From an uncultured Planctomycetales bacterium (GTDB lineage: Bacteria; Omnitrophota; Gorgyraeia; Zapsychrales; JANLHA01): a DNA stretch of 25,492 nucleotides. The stretch spans positions 1-25,492 of the forward strand of contig CAZBSU010000002.1 in the NCBI GenBank assembly GCA_964494745.1, read 5' to 3'. The translations under genes were made by a program, and so were the position numbers. Of this stretch, positions 1-8,719 are shown one piece after another (position 1 is the stretch's first letter; each line of letters starts with the position of its first letter). Under the pieces are notes generated by a model. It saw only the letters and a list, made by a program, of their open reading frames with translations, was not told where the DNA came from and ran no database searches.

Positions 1-2
1 AG

Positions 3-1325
3 ATTCGATACAAAGGCCCGTTGCGGTCTTGGCGTGCCGGAGATCTAGATGTCACGGCCCGACTCAAAGAGATCACCCTGACCGGTTTGCCGATGCCGGG
101 CAATCTGCCGTCCGAGACAAAAAAAATAACAGGGACATTAACCTTAAATCCGGACAGCGCCGGATGGGAAGACATCAGCACCGTTTATGCCGGGGAGATC
201 TATCGCACGACCGGGCGATTAGACCATTTCGCCCAACCTGCCATCACCGCGCAGCTGTCCTCCTCCCGAGGCGAGGCCTCAATCCAAATAACGATCCGTG
301 ACCGGTTGCTCGATATCGCCTCTCTGAAAGGAAAGACGGGCCGGTCTTCCTGGGACATCAGCGGTGAAATCGAACGGGAACCCGCCGGGACATATATGGA
401 CATGAAAGGCGGGATCATGCTGGACCTGGAAGATCTGCCGGAAAGACTGCCCAAGTACAAGCAGCAACTCGATTCACTGGCATTAAAAGGATTGGTGGAT
501 ATCAAGGCTCACCTTAAGGGCCGCATGGATCAGCTCGCCAATATGATGCTGACCCTCTCGGCCCAAAGTCCGTCGCTGATGATCGCAAAATACCCCATTA
601 AGAATGTCTATCTGGACGTCGAGCATGGATATCAAAGGCTGACCCATCTGGTCGGCCGGGGGGCCTTTTTCGGCGGGAACTTCTCTCTGACATCGTCACT
701 CGACCTGAAACAGGACAACCGGCCTTTCCAGGTCTCCGCGCAACTCCGGGACACGGATCTTGTGCAATTGCGTCAGGGCATGAAACTGAAAGGCCGCGAT
801 CTGGCCGGGATGCTGTCCATCAACCTGGAGGCATCCGGGTCGCTGAACAATCCCTCCGGCCTTTCGGGGCAGGGGGATCTCGCCGTCACGGACGGGCTGA
901 TCTGGAGGACAAAAATCCTGGACGGGATTTGGAAGCTTTTGTTCATCCCGGAATTCGAGGGCGTGGCCTTCACCGATGCCTCGGCCACCTTTACGGTCCG
1001 TGACCGCAAGGTCAGCACCGAGGACCTCTTGCTGAAAGGCATGGCGGCCGACATGGCCGGAAAAGGCTGGGTCGATTTTGACCGGAATCTGAACTTCTCG
1101 GTCTCCCCGACCTTCAAAGAGACCGAGATCATCCGTTCCCAATCCATTAAAAAAGGCCTTTCGACCCTGCTGGCGCGCACCGAGGGGTACATCGCCGTTG
1201 ACATCACCGGGACCCTCGCCAAACCTCGCTACAGCGTCAATACCTTCCCGACCAAAATCATCGAAAAGGCCACCGACGCCCTGCTGGAAGGCGTCGGGGA
1301 TGTCCTGCAGGGGATATTCGAATAA
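3..1325 (+). CDS. AsmA-like C-terminal region protein (5'-partial; gene begins upstream of the window)
   Basis: Frame is open from position 3 (no stop before the TTG at 21). Beta-rich amphipathic repeats and the typical AsmA-family C-terminal pattern 'L.G.G.VDFD..L.F.V.P ... I.V.ITGTL.KP.Y'. Confidence 0.7.
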   Translation: MRYKGPLRSWRAGDLDVTARLKEITLTGLPMPGNLPSETKKITGTLTLNPDSAGWEDISTVYAGEIYRTTGRLDHFAQPAITAQLSSSRGEASIQITIRDRLLDIASLKGKTGRSSWDISGEIEREPAGTYMDMKGGIMLDLEDLPERLPKYKQQLDSLALKGLVDIKAHLKGRMDQLANMMLTLSAQSPSLMIAKYPIKNVYLDVEHGYQRLTHLVGRGAFFGGNFSLTSSLDLKQDNRPFQVSAQLRDTDLVQLRQGMKLKGRDLAGMLSINLEASGSLNNPSGLSGQGDLAVTDGLIWRTKILDGIWKLLFIPEFEGVAFTDASATFTVRDRKVSTEDLLLKGMAADMAGKGWVDFDRNLNFSVSPTFKETEIIRSQSIKKGLSTLLARTEGYIAVDITGTLAKPRYSVNTFPTKIIEKATDALLEGVGDVLQGIFE

Positions 1326-1339
1326 CAATGGGATAAAAT

Positions 1340-1945
1340 TCAGACCTGGGGGGAAAGATATTGCTCGAGGAGCCGGCGGACCTTGCGCATGGCCTTGCCG
1401 CGATGGCTCATGCGATCTTTCATCTCCGGCGGCAACTGCCCGAACGTCTTTTGATATTGGGGGATCCAAAAAAGCGGATCATAGCCGAACCCGTTTTTGC
1501 CGCGCGACCGGGCGGCGATCACGCCCCGGCAGCTTCCCGAGACCACACCGACGACACCGGACTTGTCCGTCAAAACCACATAACACCGGTAACGCGCCTG
1601 CCGTTCGGCCGGCGGGACACCGCGCAATTCCCTTAACAGTTTGGCATTGTTCTTTTTGTCTGTCGCCTTTTCCCCGGCGAAACGGGAAGAAAAAATGCCG
1701 GGCCGGTTCTTCAGGGCCTTGACCTCAAGCCCGGAATCCTCGCCCAAAGCCAATTTCCCGGTCCAAAGCGTGATCGTGGCGGCCTTTTTGGCGGCATTGG
1801 CCTTAAAAGTCCTGCCGTCCTCGACGATACGCGGGGCATCGGGATAATCAGCCAAAGAGGTGATGTTAAAATCAAGGCCGGATAACAACTCGCGGATCTC
1901 TTTGAGCTTCCCCTTATTTTTGGTGGCAACGACAAGTTCGGTCAT
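1340..1945 (-). CDS. rdgB: RdgB/HAM1 family non-canonical purine NTP pyrophosphatase (dITP/XTPase)
   Basis: Motifs ATKNKGK, EDGRTF..NA..KA, EDSGL, PGIFSSRF, GFGYDPLF, SHRGKA; lies directly downstream of rph. Confidence 0.96.
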   Translation of the reverse strand: MTELVVATKNKGKLKEIRELLSGLDFNITSLADYPDAPRIVEDGRTFKANAAKKAATITLWTGKLALGEDSGLEVKALKNRPGIFSSRFAGEKATDKKNNAKLLRELRGVPPAERQARYRCYVVLTDKSGVVGVVSGSCRGVIAARSRGKNGFGYDPLFWIPQYQKTFGQLPPEMKDRMSHRGKAMRKVRRLLEQYLSPQV

Positions 1946-1997
1946 GATATCTATCCTATGATGTGGAAATTAATAAGTGGATTGACAAAGGAATAAA

Positions 1998-2717
1998 TTA
2001 AAGGAGGGCCATCCCGCCTACGGTCTTTTTTTGAATCCGGATCAATTCACGGATGCCTTTCTGGGCCAGCTTGACCAAATGATCGCATTGCAGCCGCGTA
2101 AAGGTCTCTCCTTCGGCCGTGCCCTGGACCTCGACGAGACGGCCCGACCCGCACATCACAACGTTCATGTCCATATCCGCGCGCGCGTCCTCCTCATAAT
2201 TCAGGTCCAAAAACATCTTCTTTTCAAGGAGGCCCACGCTGACCGCCGCTACATAATCCCGCAGCGGGATTCTCTTCAGCACCTTTTTGCTCTTCAATTC
2301 CCGCAGGGCCAAGGCCAGGGCCACAAATCCGCCCGTGACCGCCGCCGTGCGTGTCCCCCCGTCGGCATCAATCACATCGCAGTCTATCCGGACCGTGCGT
2401 TCCCCCAAAACGGACCGATCCACGGCCGCGCGCAAAGAACGCCCGATCAAACGCTGGATCTCATAAATCCGGCCCGATGTGCTGTTGCGCCGGATCCGAT
2501 CGGAACAGGAGGCGGGCAACATCCCGTACTCGGCCGTGACCCAGCCCGTGCCGGAATTCCTTAAAAAAGGCGGCACCGATTCTTCGATGACCGCGGTGCA
2601 ACAAACCCGGGTCTTGCCGAAAGAGATCAAACACGAACCCGGCGCGTGCCGGACGTAATTCTTTTTGATACTCACCCGGCGCAGTTGATTTGTTTTTCTT
2701 CCGTCGGATCGTGACAT
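1998..2717 (-). CDS. rph: Ribonuclease PH
   Basis: N-terminal R.DGR...QLR, GWVTAEYGMLP, EIQRLIGRSLRA, DCDVIDADGGTRTAAVTG, DLNYEED, VEVQGTAEG. Confidence 0.97.
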   Translation of the reverse strand: MSRSDGRKTNQLRRVSIKKNYVRHAPGSCLISFGKTRVCCTAVIEESVPPFLRNSGTGWVTAEYGMLPASCSDRIRRNSTSGRIYEIQRLIGRSLRAAVDRSVLGERTVRIDCDVIDADGGTRTAAVTGGFVALALALRELKSKKVLKRIPLRDYVAAVSVGLLEKKMFLDLNYEEDARADMDMNVVMCGSGRLVEVQGTAEGETFTRLQCDHLVKLAQKGIRELIRIQKKTVGGMALL

Positions 2718-2725
2718 ATCTCAAC

Positions 2726-3166
2726 TCAATTTTTGTATTCCGCCTCAACCATCGTCGTGATGCCGCCGCGCGGATTGACGATCGCACGAACCCGGGCCCA
2801 TCGCGGCCGGCAGGCCCGGACGATATCGTCCAGGATCTTATTCACGAAATGTTCGTGAAAGATGCCGACATCCCGGTAAAAGAGCGTGTACATCTTGAAA
2901 GATTTCAGCTCCAGGCACCATTGGTCCGGGCCGTAGATTATCTTCAGGACGGCAAAATCAGGCAGGCCGGTCTTGGGGCAGATGCAGGTAAATTCCGGGA
3001 CATCCAGCTCGATCGTGTACTCCCGGTCGGAGTACTGATTTTTCCATACCTCAATGGCCGGGGTCTTGAGCTGCCGGACCCCTTTTTGCAATCCTTCGTA
3101 GGAACTTTTCTTTGTCTTCATGCGCGTTCGTTGATGGGGTTGCGTCTTTCCCTTTTTTGGTATCAT
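2726..3166 (-). CDS. queF: NADPH-dependent preQ0 reductase (type I QueF)
   Basis: PEFTCICPKTGLPDFA (catalytic Cys/Asp), QueF motif ELKSFKMY, FHE, RGGI. Start placed at ATG 3166, which overlaps the queE stop as ATGA; 3181 and 3121 are alternatives. Confidence 0.94.
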   Translation of the reverse strand: MIPKKGKTQPHQRTRMKTKKSSYEGLQKGVRQLKTPAIEVWKNQYSDREYTIELDVPEFTCICPKTGLPDFAVLKIIYGPDQWCLELKSFKMYTLFYRDVGIFHEHFVNKILDDIVRACRPRWARVRAIVNPRGGITTMVEAEYKN

Positions 3167-3852
3167 CTGATTCCAAGCCATTTATGCATTTGAGGGACTA
3201 TTCTAACATCCTTCAGGGATTCCAGGCAAATTTTTTGAAAAGAAAGGCATTGCTCAAGCAAGGCCCGGTTGCACGAGCCGGACTCCGGCTGAAGAAAGAC
3301 GGGGATGTCGGCGTCAATCCCGCTAATCAGCCTGGCCGCCTGCCGCAGATCCTCAACCGCGGTGCCGGGGGTTATCACGGCCTTCACGAACAGGTCTTTA
3401 TCCCGGGCCGCACTCAAGAAAGCCGCATGCCTGTCCCAAAGGGCCGGCCCGCGCGTGGAGCTGGGCAGTTTAATATCCGCCGCGATAATGTCGATACCGT
3501 CCATAATCTTAAGCAGTTGGGCGTGTTCGACCGCGTTGGTGTCGAGATAGACCGCCAGCCGGGCCTTCTTAAAACGCGGCAATAATTCCTGAATAAAATC
3601 GGCCTGCAACAACGGCTCGCCGCCGGTTAGGCTGACCGAGTGACAGCCGTGCCACATCTTTTCGGCCTGCGCGATGACATCATCACTCGCCATCTCCTCA
3701 AAACGGCCTTTGGAAGGATCTCGGGCATAAGACGTGTCACACCAGGTGCAATCAAGCTGGCAGCCGAAGAAACGGATAAAGACCTGGCGGACCCCTACAT
3801 ATTTGCCCTCGCCCTGAACGCTCTGAAATATCTCGGAAATCTTACCCGTCAT
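3163..3852 (-). CDS. queE: 7-carboxy-7-deazaguanine synthase (radical SAM)
   Basis: EIFQSVQGEG, FIRFFGC, CxxxCxxC (CQLDCTWCD), TGGEPLLQ, PQMHK; ATGA overlap with the queC stop. Confidence 0.94.
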   Translation of the reverse strand: MTGKISEIFQSVQGEGKYVGVRQVFIRFFGCQLDCTWCDTSYARDPSKGRFEEMASDDVIAQAEKMWHGCHSVSLTGGEPLLQADFIQELLPRFKKARLAVYLDTNAVEHAQLLKIMDGIDIIAADIKLPSSTRGPALWDRHAAFLSAARDKDLFVKAVITPGTAVEDLRQAARLISGIDADIPVFLQPESGSCNRALLEQCLSFQKICLESLKDVRIVPQMHKWLGIR

Positions 3853-4574
3853 GCCTTTTGCCTGCTCTTCTTCGCTTTCGCCTTTTCCTTCTCCCTTTTT
3901 CTTCCTTCCTTTCTCCTTAATAAGGGGTCCTCCATCCCGGCCTCATCAAAGCCCTTCTTGCGAAGCAGGCAGCTGTCACATTTTCCGCACGGCCGGCGGC
4001 CGCCGCGGTAACAGGACCAGGTCAGATGATACGGGACTTTAAGCCGCAGCCCCATCCGGATAATCTGGGCCTTGGTCTTACGGATCAACGGCGTGATGAT
4101 CCTGATCGAGCGTCCCTGTGTCCCGGTCTTTAATCCCGTCCGGAATGTCCTCTGCAGGGCACGAAAGAATTCAGGCCGGCAATCAGGGTAACCCGAATAA
4201 TCGATCGCATTAGCTCCGATAAAGACGGCCTCGGCCCCCGTTATCTCGGCGTGGGCAGCGGCAAAACTCAAAAAAATCAAATTCCGGGCCGGCACATAGG
4301 TTGACGGTATGCGGGCCGAAAAGTTATGCCTGTTTTGGGGCAGTCTCCGGGTCTTGTCCAACAGGGCCGAACCTGTTCGCGGCAGGGCCATCGGGATAAG
4401 CCGGTAAGGAAACCGGCCGTGCCGGGCGATACGGACCGCCTGGCGGATCTCCTTTCTATGACGCTGGCCGTAATCGAAGATCAGGCACAAAGGACGGTAG
4501 CCACGCCGGCGGGCCTCATACAGGACCGTAGCGGAATCCAGTCCGCCGGATAATAAAACGATCGCTTTTTTCAT
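3849..4574 (-). CDS. queC: 7-cyano-7-deazaguanine synthase
   Basis: SGGLDS PP-loop, FDYGQRH, TYVPARN, DYSGYPDCRPEF, TWSCY, CGKCDSC zinc site. ATG 4574 preferred over GTG 4580. Confidence 0.97.
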   Translation of the reverse strand: MKKAIVLLSGGLDSATVLYEARRRGYRPLCLIFDYGQRHRKEIRQAVRIARHGRFPYRLIPMALPRTGSALLDKTRRLPQNRHNFSARIPSTYVPARNLIFLSFAAAHAEITGAEAVFIGANAIDYSGYPDCRPEFFRALQRTFRTGLKTGTQGRSIRIITPLIRKTKAQIIRMGLRLKVPYHLTWSCYRGGRRPCGKCDSCLLRKKGFDEAGMEDPLLRRKEGRKREKEKAKAKKSRQKA

Positions 4575-4599
4575 AACCACGGGACGGTTGAATGATGAT

Positions 4600-4968
4600 T
4601 TAAGAATCAGGCGAATAGGTCACGCTGCAGCTATCGGATTCCCAGACCCGCACTTGCTTCACCCGGTAAGGGCCGTCCGGCCCGAGGAAGGCTTCATAAA
4701 TATAACGGGCCAAATTTTCGGTCGAGGGATTGTTCTCCTTGAAATAAGGCAGATCATTGAGGCAGACATGATCCAACGTGTTGAGAAAGGCGTGAAACTT
4801 TTCTTTGACCTCGCGGAAGTCCACCACCAGGCCGATCTCATTCAGCGTTGGAGAGGAAATCACGATCTCGACTTTCCAGGTGTGTCCGTGCAGATTCTCG
4901 CAGGGGCCGTTGTAATTCCTCAGGAAATGGGCCGAAGAGAAATCGGCCGCGACAGACAGGTCAAACAT
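4600..4968 (-). CDS. queD: 6-carboxy-5,6,7,8-tetrahydropterin synthase
   Basis: FSSAH, C-x3-HGH (CENLHGH), LDH..LND, PSTENLA, ES; ATG directly follows the murI stop (TAG-ATG). Confidence 0.94.
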   Translation of the reverse strand: MFDLSVAADFSSAHFLRNYNGPCENLHGHTWKVEIVISSPTLNEIGLVVDFREVKEKFHAFLNTLDHVCLNDLPYFKENNPSTENLARYIYEAFLGPDGPYRVKQVRVWESDSCSVTYSPDS

Positions 4969-5775
4969 CTAGGCTATCCTTTTAACATTCTTTATCTTGT
5001 AACCCAAAAACCGTTCGGCCGTGCGGCTGAAATGCGAGGGCATATCGCTGACCCAAAAGGTGGTCCGGCCGGGGGATCGGGTCAATTTATTTTTATCTAT
5101 TCTACTCAAAAAATCCCGGACTTCAAGGGCAACCTCTTCAGCGGAATCGATCAGATTGACACGCCGGCCTAATATCTTTTTAAACACCGGTTTCAGCAAA
5201 GGATAGTGGGTGCAGCCGAGGATCAAGGTATCGGCCCTTGAACGCTTGATCATGGCCAGATACTCCCTGGCAATAAGCCGCGTGGCCTTGCCGCGAAACT
5301 TGCCTTCCTCGGCCAGGGGAACAAATAAAGGGCAGGCCTGGCCGATAACCCTGATCGAAGGGTTCAGAGATTTGATCTTGCGTTGATACGCCCGGCTGGC
5401 AATGGTCGCGGGCGTGGCAATGATGCCCACCACTTTATTCCGGGTGCTGGACACGGCCCGCCGGACACCGGCCTCGATAACTCCGGTGATCGGCAATTTA
5501 AAGCCCCGTTTGAGCGCGGTTAAGGCATAACTCGACGAGGAATTGCACGCCACGACCACCATTTTGACATGATGCCGAAGCAGAACGCGCACGTTCTCTT
5601 TGGAAAAACGGATAATCGCTTCCCGGGATTTGGTCCCGTAAGGAACACGGGCCGTATCCCCGAAGTAAACGATATGCTCGTGGGGCAGATGCCGGCGCAG
5701 GGCCTTGACCACGGTCAGACCGCCGAGCCCGGAGTCAAACACCCCGATCGGATGATTTCTTTTCTGAGTTGTCAT
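4969..5775 (-). CDS. murI: Glutamate racemase
   Basis: IGVFDSGLGGLTV, DTARVPYGTKS, VVACNS and LGCTHYP (both catalytic Cys). Confidence 0.97.
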   Translation of the reverse strand: MTTQKRNHPIGVFDSGLGGLTVVKALRRHLPHEHIVYFGDTARVPYGTKSREAIIRFSKENVRVLLRHHVKMVVVACNSSSSYALTALKRGFKLPITGVIEAGVRRAVSSTRNKVVGIIATPATIASRAYQRKIKSLNPSIRVIGQACPLFVPLAEEGKFRGKATRLIAREYLAMIKRSRADTLILGCTHYPLLKPVFKKILGRRVNLIDSAEEVALEVRDFLSRIDKNKLTRSPGRTTFWVSDMPSHFSRTAERFLGYKIKNVKRIA

Positions 5776-5820
5776 AGGTGTCCTGTGATAATCAATGCCT
5801 GAACCCGGCTGAAAAAGACC

Positions 5821-6885
5821 TCAACTGCCGTAGTGGGCCGTGTAATCATAGATACTGTCGGCCAGCCCCTCGGCAATGGCCTGCCGGTATGAATTTTTCC
5901 GCAACAATCCCTCTTCATGTGCATTCGAAAGGAAGCCCACCTCCACCAGGATAGCCGGCACGAGGGTATTACGCAAGACAAAATAATCCGCCTGCTTGGC
6001 GCCGCGATTCTCGGCGCTGGTCACCCGGGATAAATCCTTGGCAACCGTTTCGGCGAAAACACGCGAGGCCTCTTTCTTGTTTTCATACAGCAGGTCCTGA
6101 ACGATCTTCTCGACCTGAGGATGCCCTTTTTCCATGGCGAGCTTATCGAAAAAAATGGCATGGTTTATCTGGCGTTGCGGCTCACGCTGTTCCTCCCAGG
6201 TCAGATCGCGCAGATAATAAACCTCTATCCCGTCGGGATATCGCGACGGGCAAGAGTTCGCATGGATGCTGACGAATAGATCTACGGACCCGGCAGCCGC
6301 GATCTCAGTCCTCTTTTCCAGGGTGATAAACTCATCCCCGGAACGGGTCATGGTCACCTCGAATCCCTTCTGACGCAGACTCGCGCCCAGCCGCCGGGCG
6401 ATATCCATGACAACGTCCTTCTCATAAAGCCCGTTGCATCCGATCGCCCCCGGATCACGACCGCCGTGCCCGGCATCGATCACGATCCGGCGCATCTGCG
6501 GAGGCTGGCTATCCGGGATCTCCAGCAGGGCCGTGATCACCCGGGATTCGAAGTCCGGCGGGACGACGATAGCCTGATTCTGCCGCGTCAACGGCCCGTT
6601 CAAACGGATCTCCCGCCCGTCCAGGACAACCAGGTCGCTGCCGATCATGCCGCGGGCTTCAATACCTGAAAATCGCAGTCGGACAGTCTGCGTGACCGTA
6701 TCCCAATGCATCTCAAGTAAATGCCGCGCGCACAAATCCTCTAGATTCAAAGGCGTAAGCTCGGCTCGCTGGGACGGCCGGGGGGCTGTGGCACAACCCG
6801 TTGCGACAAACAGCAATCCCGCGGTCAGATAACACAAAATATTTCTCTTCATCATAGCAGTCATCCGAGCTGACATCAGGCTCAA
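5821..6885 (-). CDS. N-acetylmuramoyl-L-alanine amidase (Amidase_3), probable lipoprotein
   Basis: VIDAGHGG.DPGA, EK, VSIHAN, VEVGFLSN zinc/catalytic motifs. N-terminus MKRNILCYLTAGLLFVATG-C resembles a lipoprotein signal. True start is uncertain (TTG 6885 or ATG 6876/6864/6855/6852). Confidence 0.9.
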   Translation of the reverse strand: MSLMSARMTAMMKRNILCYLTAGLLFVATGCATAPRPSQRAELTPLNLEDLCARHLLEMHWDTVTQTVRLRFSGIEARGMIGSDLVVLDGREIRLNGPLTRQNQAIVVPPDFESRVITALLEIPDSQPPQMRRIVIDAGHGGRDPGAIGCNGLYEKDVVMDIARRLGASLRQKGFEVTMTRSGDEFITLEKRTEIAAAGSVDLFVSIHANSCPSRYPDGIEVYYLRDLTWEEQREPQRQINHAIFFDKLAMEKGHPQVEKIVQDLLYENKKEASRVFAETVAKDLSRVTSAENRGAKQADYFVLRNTLVPAILVEVGFLSNAHEEGLLRKNSYRQAIAEGLADSIYDYTAHYGS

Positions 6886-8696
6886 TACAGGGGAGAGGGT
6901 ATATCGCCGGTAATGATCTTGGGCGTGAGAAAAATGACAATCTCCGTTTTACGCAGCAGTTTATCTTTATTGCGAAAGGCGTTCCCCAAAAGCGGGATAT
7001 CGCCTAAAAGGGGCACTTTGTTGACGCTGTCGATCTCCTCCTCCTTGATCAACCCACCGATCACGATCGTCACGCCGTCCTTGACCAAAACCGTGGTCTC
7101 CGCCTCGGAGGTGTCGACCACCGGAACGGTATTGTTGTTCCCGGTGGTGATCGTGCTGGTCACCGAGCTGACCTCGGGACGGATCTTGAGCGTGACAAAG
7201 TCATCTTTGTGAATAGTCGGCGTGACGTATAATTTAACGCCCACTTCGATAAAATTGACGCTCTCGGAGGTTGTCGTGGGCCCGGAAGCGGTCGTGGTCG
7301 TGGTCGTGGTCACATAGGGCTCACTCGAGCCGATCAGGATCTTGGCCTCCTGATTGTTGATAGCCGTGATACTGGGGCTGGAAAGGATATTGCTGATGCC
7401 TTCGGTCTGCAGAGCCTCGACGAGAAATGTATATTCGTCAGAGGAGACCGTCCCGATACTCAGCGATCCGCGTTTACTGGTGGCAGACAGGATATCGAAA
7501 TCAGATTTCAGGCCCAGGTTATGGTAATCCTTGACAATGCCTTCCCAATCGATGCCGAACTTGTGCTGCTTGCTGAGGACGACCTGAAGGATCTTGGCCT
7601 CGATAAGGACCTGTTTTTCTTTTATATCAAAGGCCCGGATCACCTGCTTGATCTTTTCCATGTTGGACAGGGCATCGGTCACGACCAGACGATTGGAACG
7701 CTCGTCATATCTGACCTGACCGATATCGGGCGTCAGGATTTCCTGAATCTTATCCGCCACGTCCTGGGCCTGGGAATAGTTCAAATCAAACATCTCGGTA
7801 TGAACCGCAACGTCAATGCGCCTGATCAGGTCCGCCATCACGCGCAATTTTTCAGGCGTATCCATCAGGACCAGCGTGCGGGACTTGGAATCGGAGATGA
7901 TCTTCCCGGCCGGGCTTTTGAGTTCGGTAAGCAGGGTCTTGGTGTCCTCTGTGTCGGCGTGGACCAAGTGCTGAATCTGGGTTTGGATATCACCGCCGAA
8001 CTTGATCCCGTAACGCGCCTCGTATTCCGCGGCGGACATGACCTGGATAATGCCGTCTTCCATGCGATAAGCCAAACCATTGGAATCCAGGATAATGCGC
8101 AGGGCGTCTCGGACCCTGACGTCTTTCAGATAAATCGAGACCTGACCGCCGATGTCCCGCCCGGCGATAATATTCAGATTGCTTTTCTCCGAAATAAGTT
8201 TCAGGACATCAACGATATCCATATTCTTCAAGTTCAGGACATCGATCACGATGTCATCCGGAAGTTGTTCCTGCGTCGGCGATGGCTGGGCTTGTTGCCC
8301 CAACGCTTGGTCCGGGGGCTCCGCCGCCCGCGGCATCAGGGTCTCCCGGCGCGACCTATCGGCGGCAGAATCAAAAGACCGGTCGGAAAACCCGGTCGCC
8401 CGCCGGCCAACGCGCGGGATATCGGAAGACTCACCTGGCTGGAAAAGAAGATCGTCATCCGGGCCGGGGCCGGGCCAAAAAAGCTCAGGATCGGCGCGTC
8501 CGGGACCCGGACGCAGATAAGGGCTGCGGCCCGTTTCGGGCCAAGAGGGAACGTCAAAAACCTTCTCATAGGCATCCAGGGCCTCTTCGACATCCTGAGA
8601 TGCCGGCTGAGCGGCCGGGGGCCGCTGCCACCCTACCTCGCAGACAAACCACAGGCCTAATAAAAATATTGCGGTTAATTTTTTGTAATTCAGCAT
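6882..8696 (-). CDS. gspD: Type II secretion system outer-membrane secretin
   Basis: Signal peptide, Pro-rich linker, STN/N0-like domain, two N domains, then secretin domain with QVLIEAKI, GVKLYVTP, IVIGGL and KVPLLGDIPLLGNAF...E.VIFLTP. Last gene of the gsp run. Confidence 0.92.
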   Translation of the reverse strand: MLNYKKLTAIFLLGLWFVCEVGWQRPPAAQPASQDVEEALDAYEKVFDVPSWPETGRSPYLRPGPGRADPELFWPGPGPDDDLLFQPGESSDIPRVGRRATGFSDRSFDSAADRSRRETLMPRAAEPPDQALGQQAQPSPTQEQLPDDIVIDVLNLKNMDIVDVLKLISEKSNLNIIAGRDIGGQVSIYLKDVRVRDALRIILDSNGLAYRMEDGIIQVMSAAEYEARYGIKFGGDIQTQIQHLVHADTEDTKTLLTELKSPAGKIISDSKSRTLVLMDTPEKLRVMADLIRRIDVAVHTEMFDLNYSQAQDVADKIQEILTPDIGQVRYDERSNRLVVTDALSNMEKIKQVIRAFDIKEKQVLIEAKILQVVLSKQHKFGIDWEGIVKDYHNLGLKSDFDILSATSKRGSLSIGTVSSDEYTFLVEALQTEGISNILSSPSITAINNQEAKILIGSSEPYVTTTTTTTASGPTTTSESVNFIEVGVKLYVTPTIHKDDFVTLKIRPEVSSVTSTITTGNNNTVPVVDTSEAETTVLVKDGVTIVIGGLIKEEEIDSVNKVPLLGDIPLLGNAFRNKDKLLRKTEIVIFLTPKIITGDIPSPLY

Positions 8697-8719
8697 GTAC
8701 TCGGATTTATCCCGGTGTC

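Noticed and set aside
1982-1987. Perfect TTGACA on + between rdgB and rph as an antisense promoter
   Set aside because: No -10-like hexamer at 16-18 nt spacing.
2726-4968. 7-deazaguanine DNA-modification (dpd) defence island
   Set aside because: No DpdA/TGT-like, helicase or other dpd genes are nearby. QueF is present, which points to preQ1 for tRNA, and the block sits among housekeeping genes.
7521-8660. Long antisense ORFs (379 aa here; also 17394-18185, 696-1469, 15921-16559 and others)
   Set aside because: They lie opposite well-supported genes and have no motifs. GC3-biased coding makes stops rare in the shadow frame.
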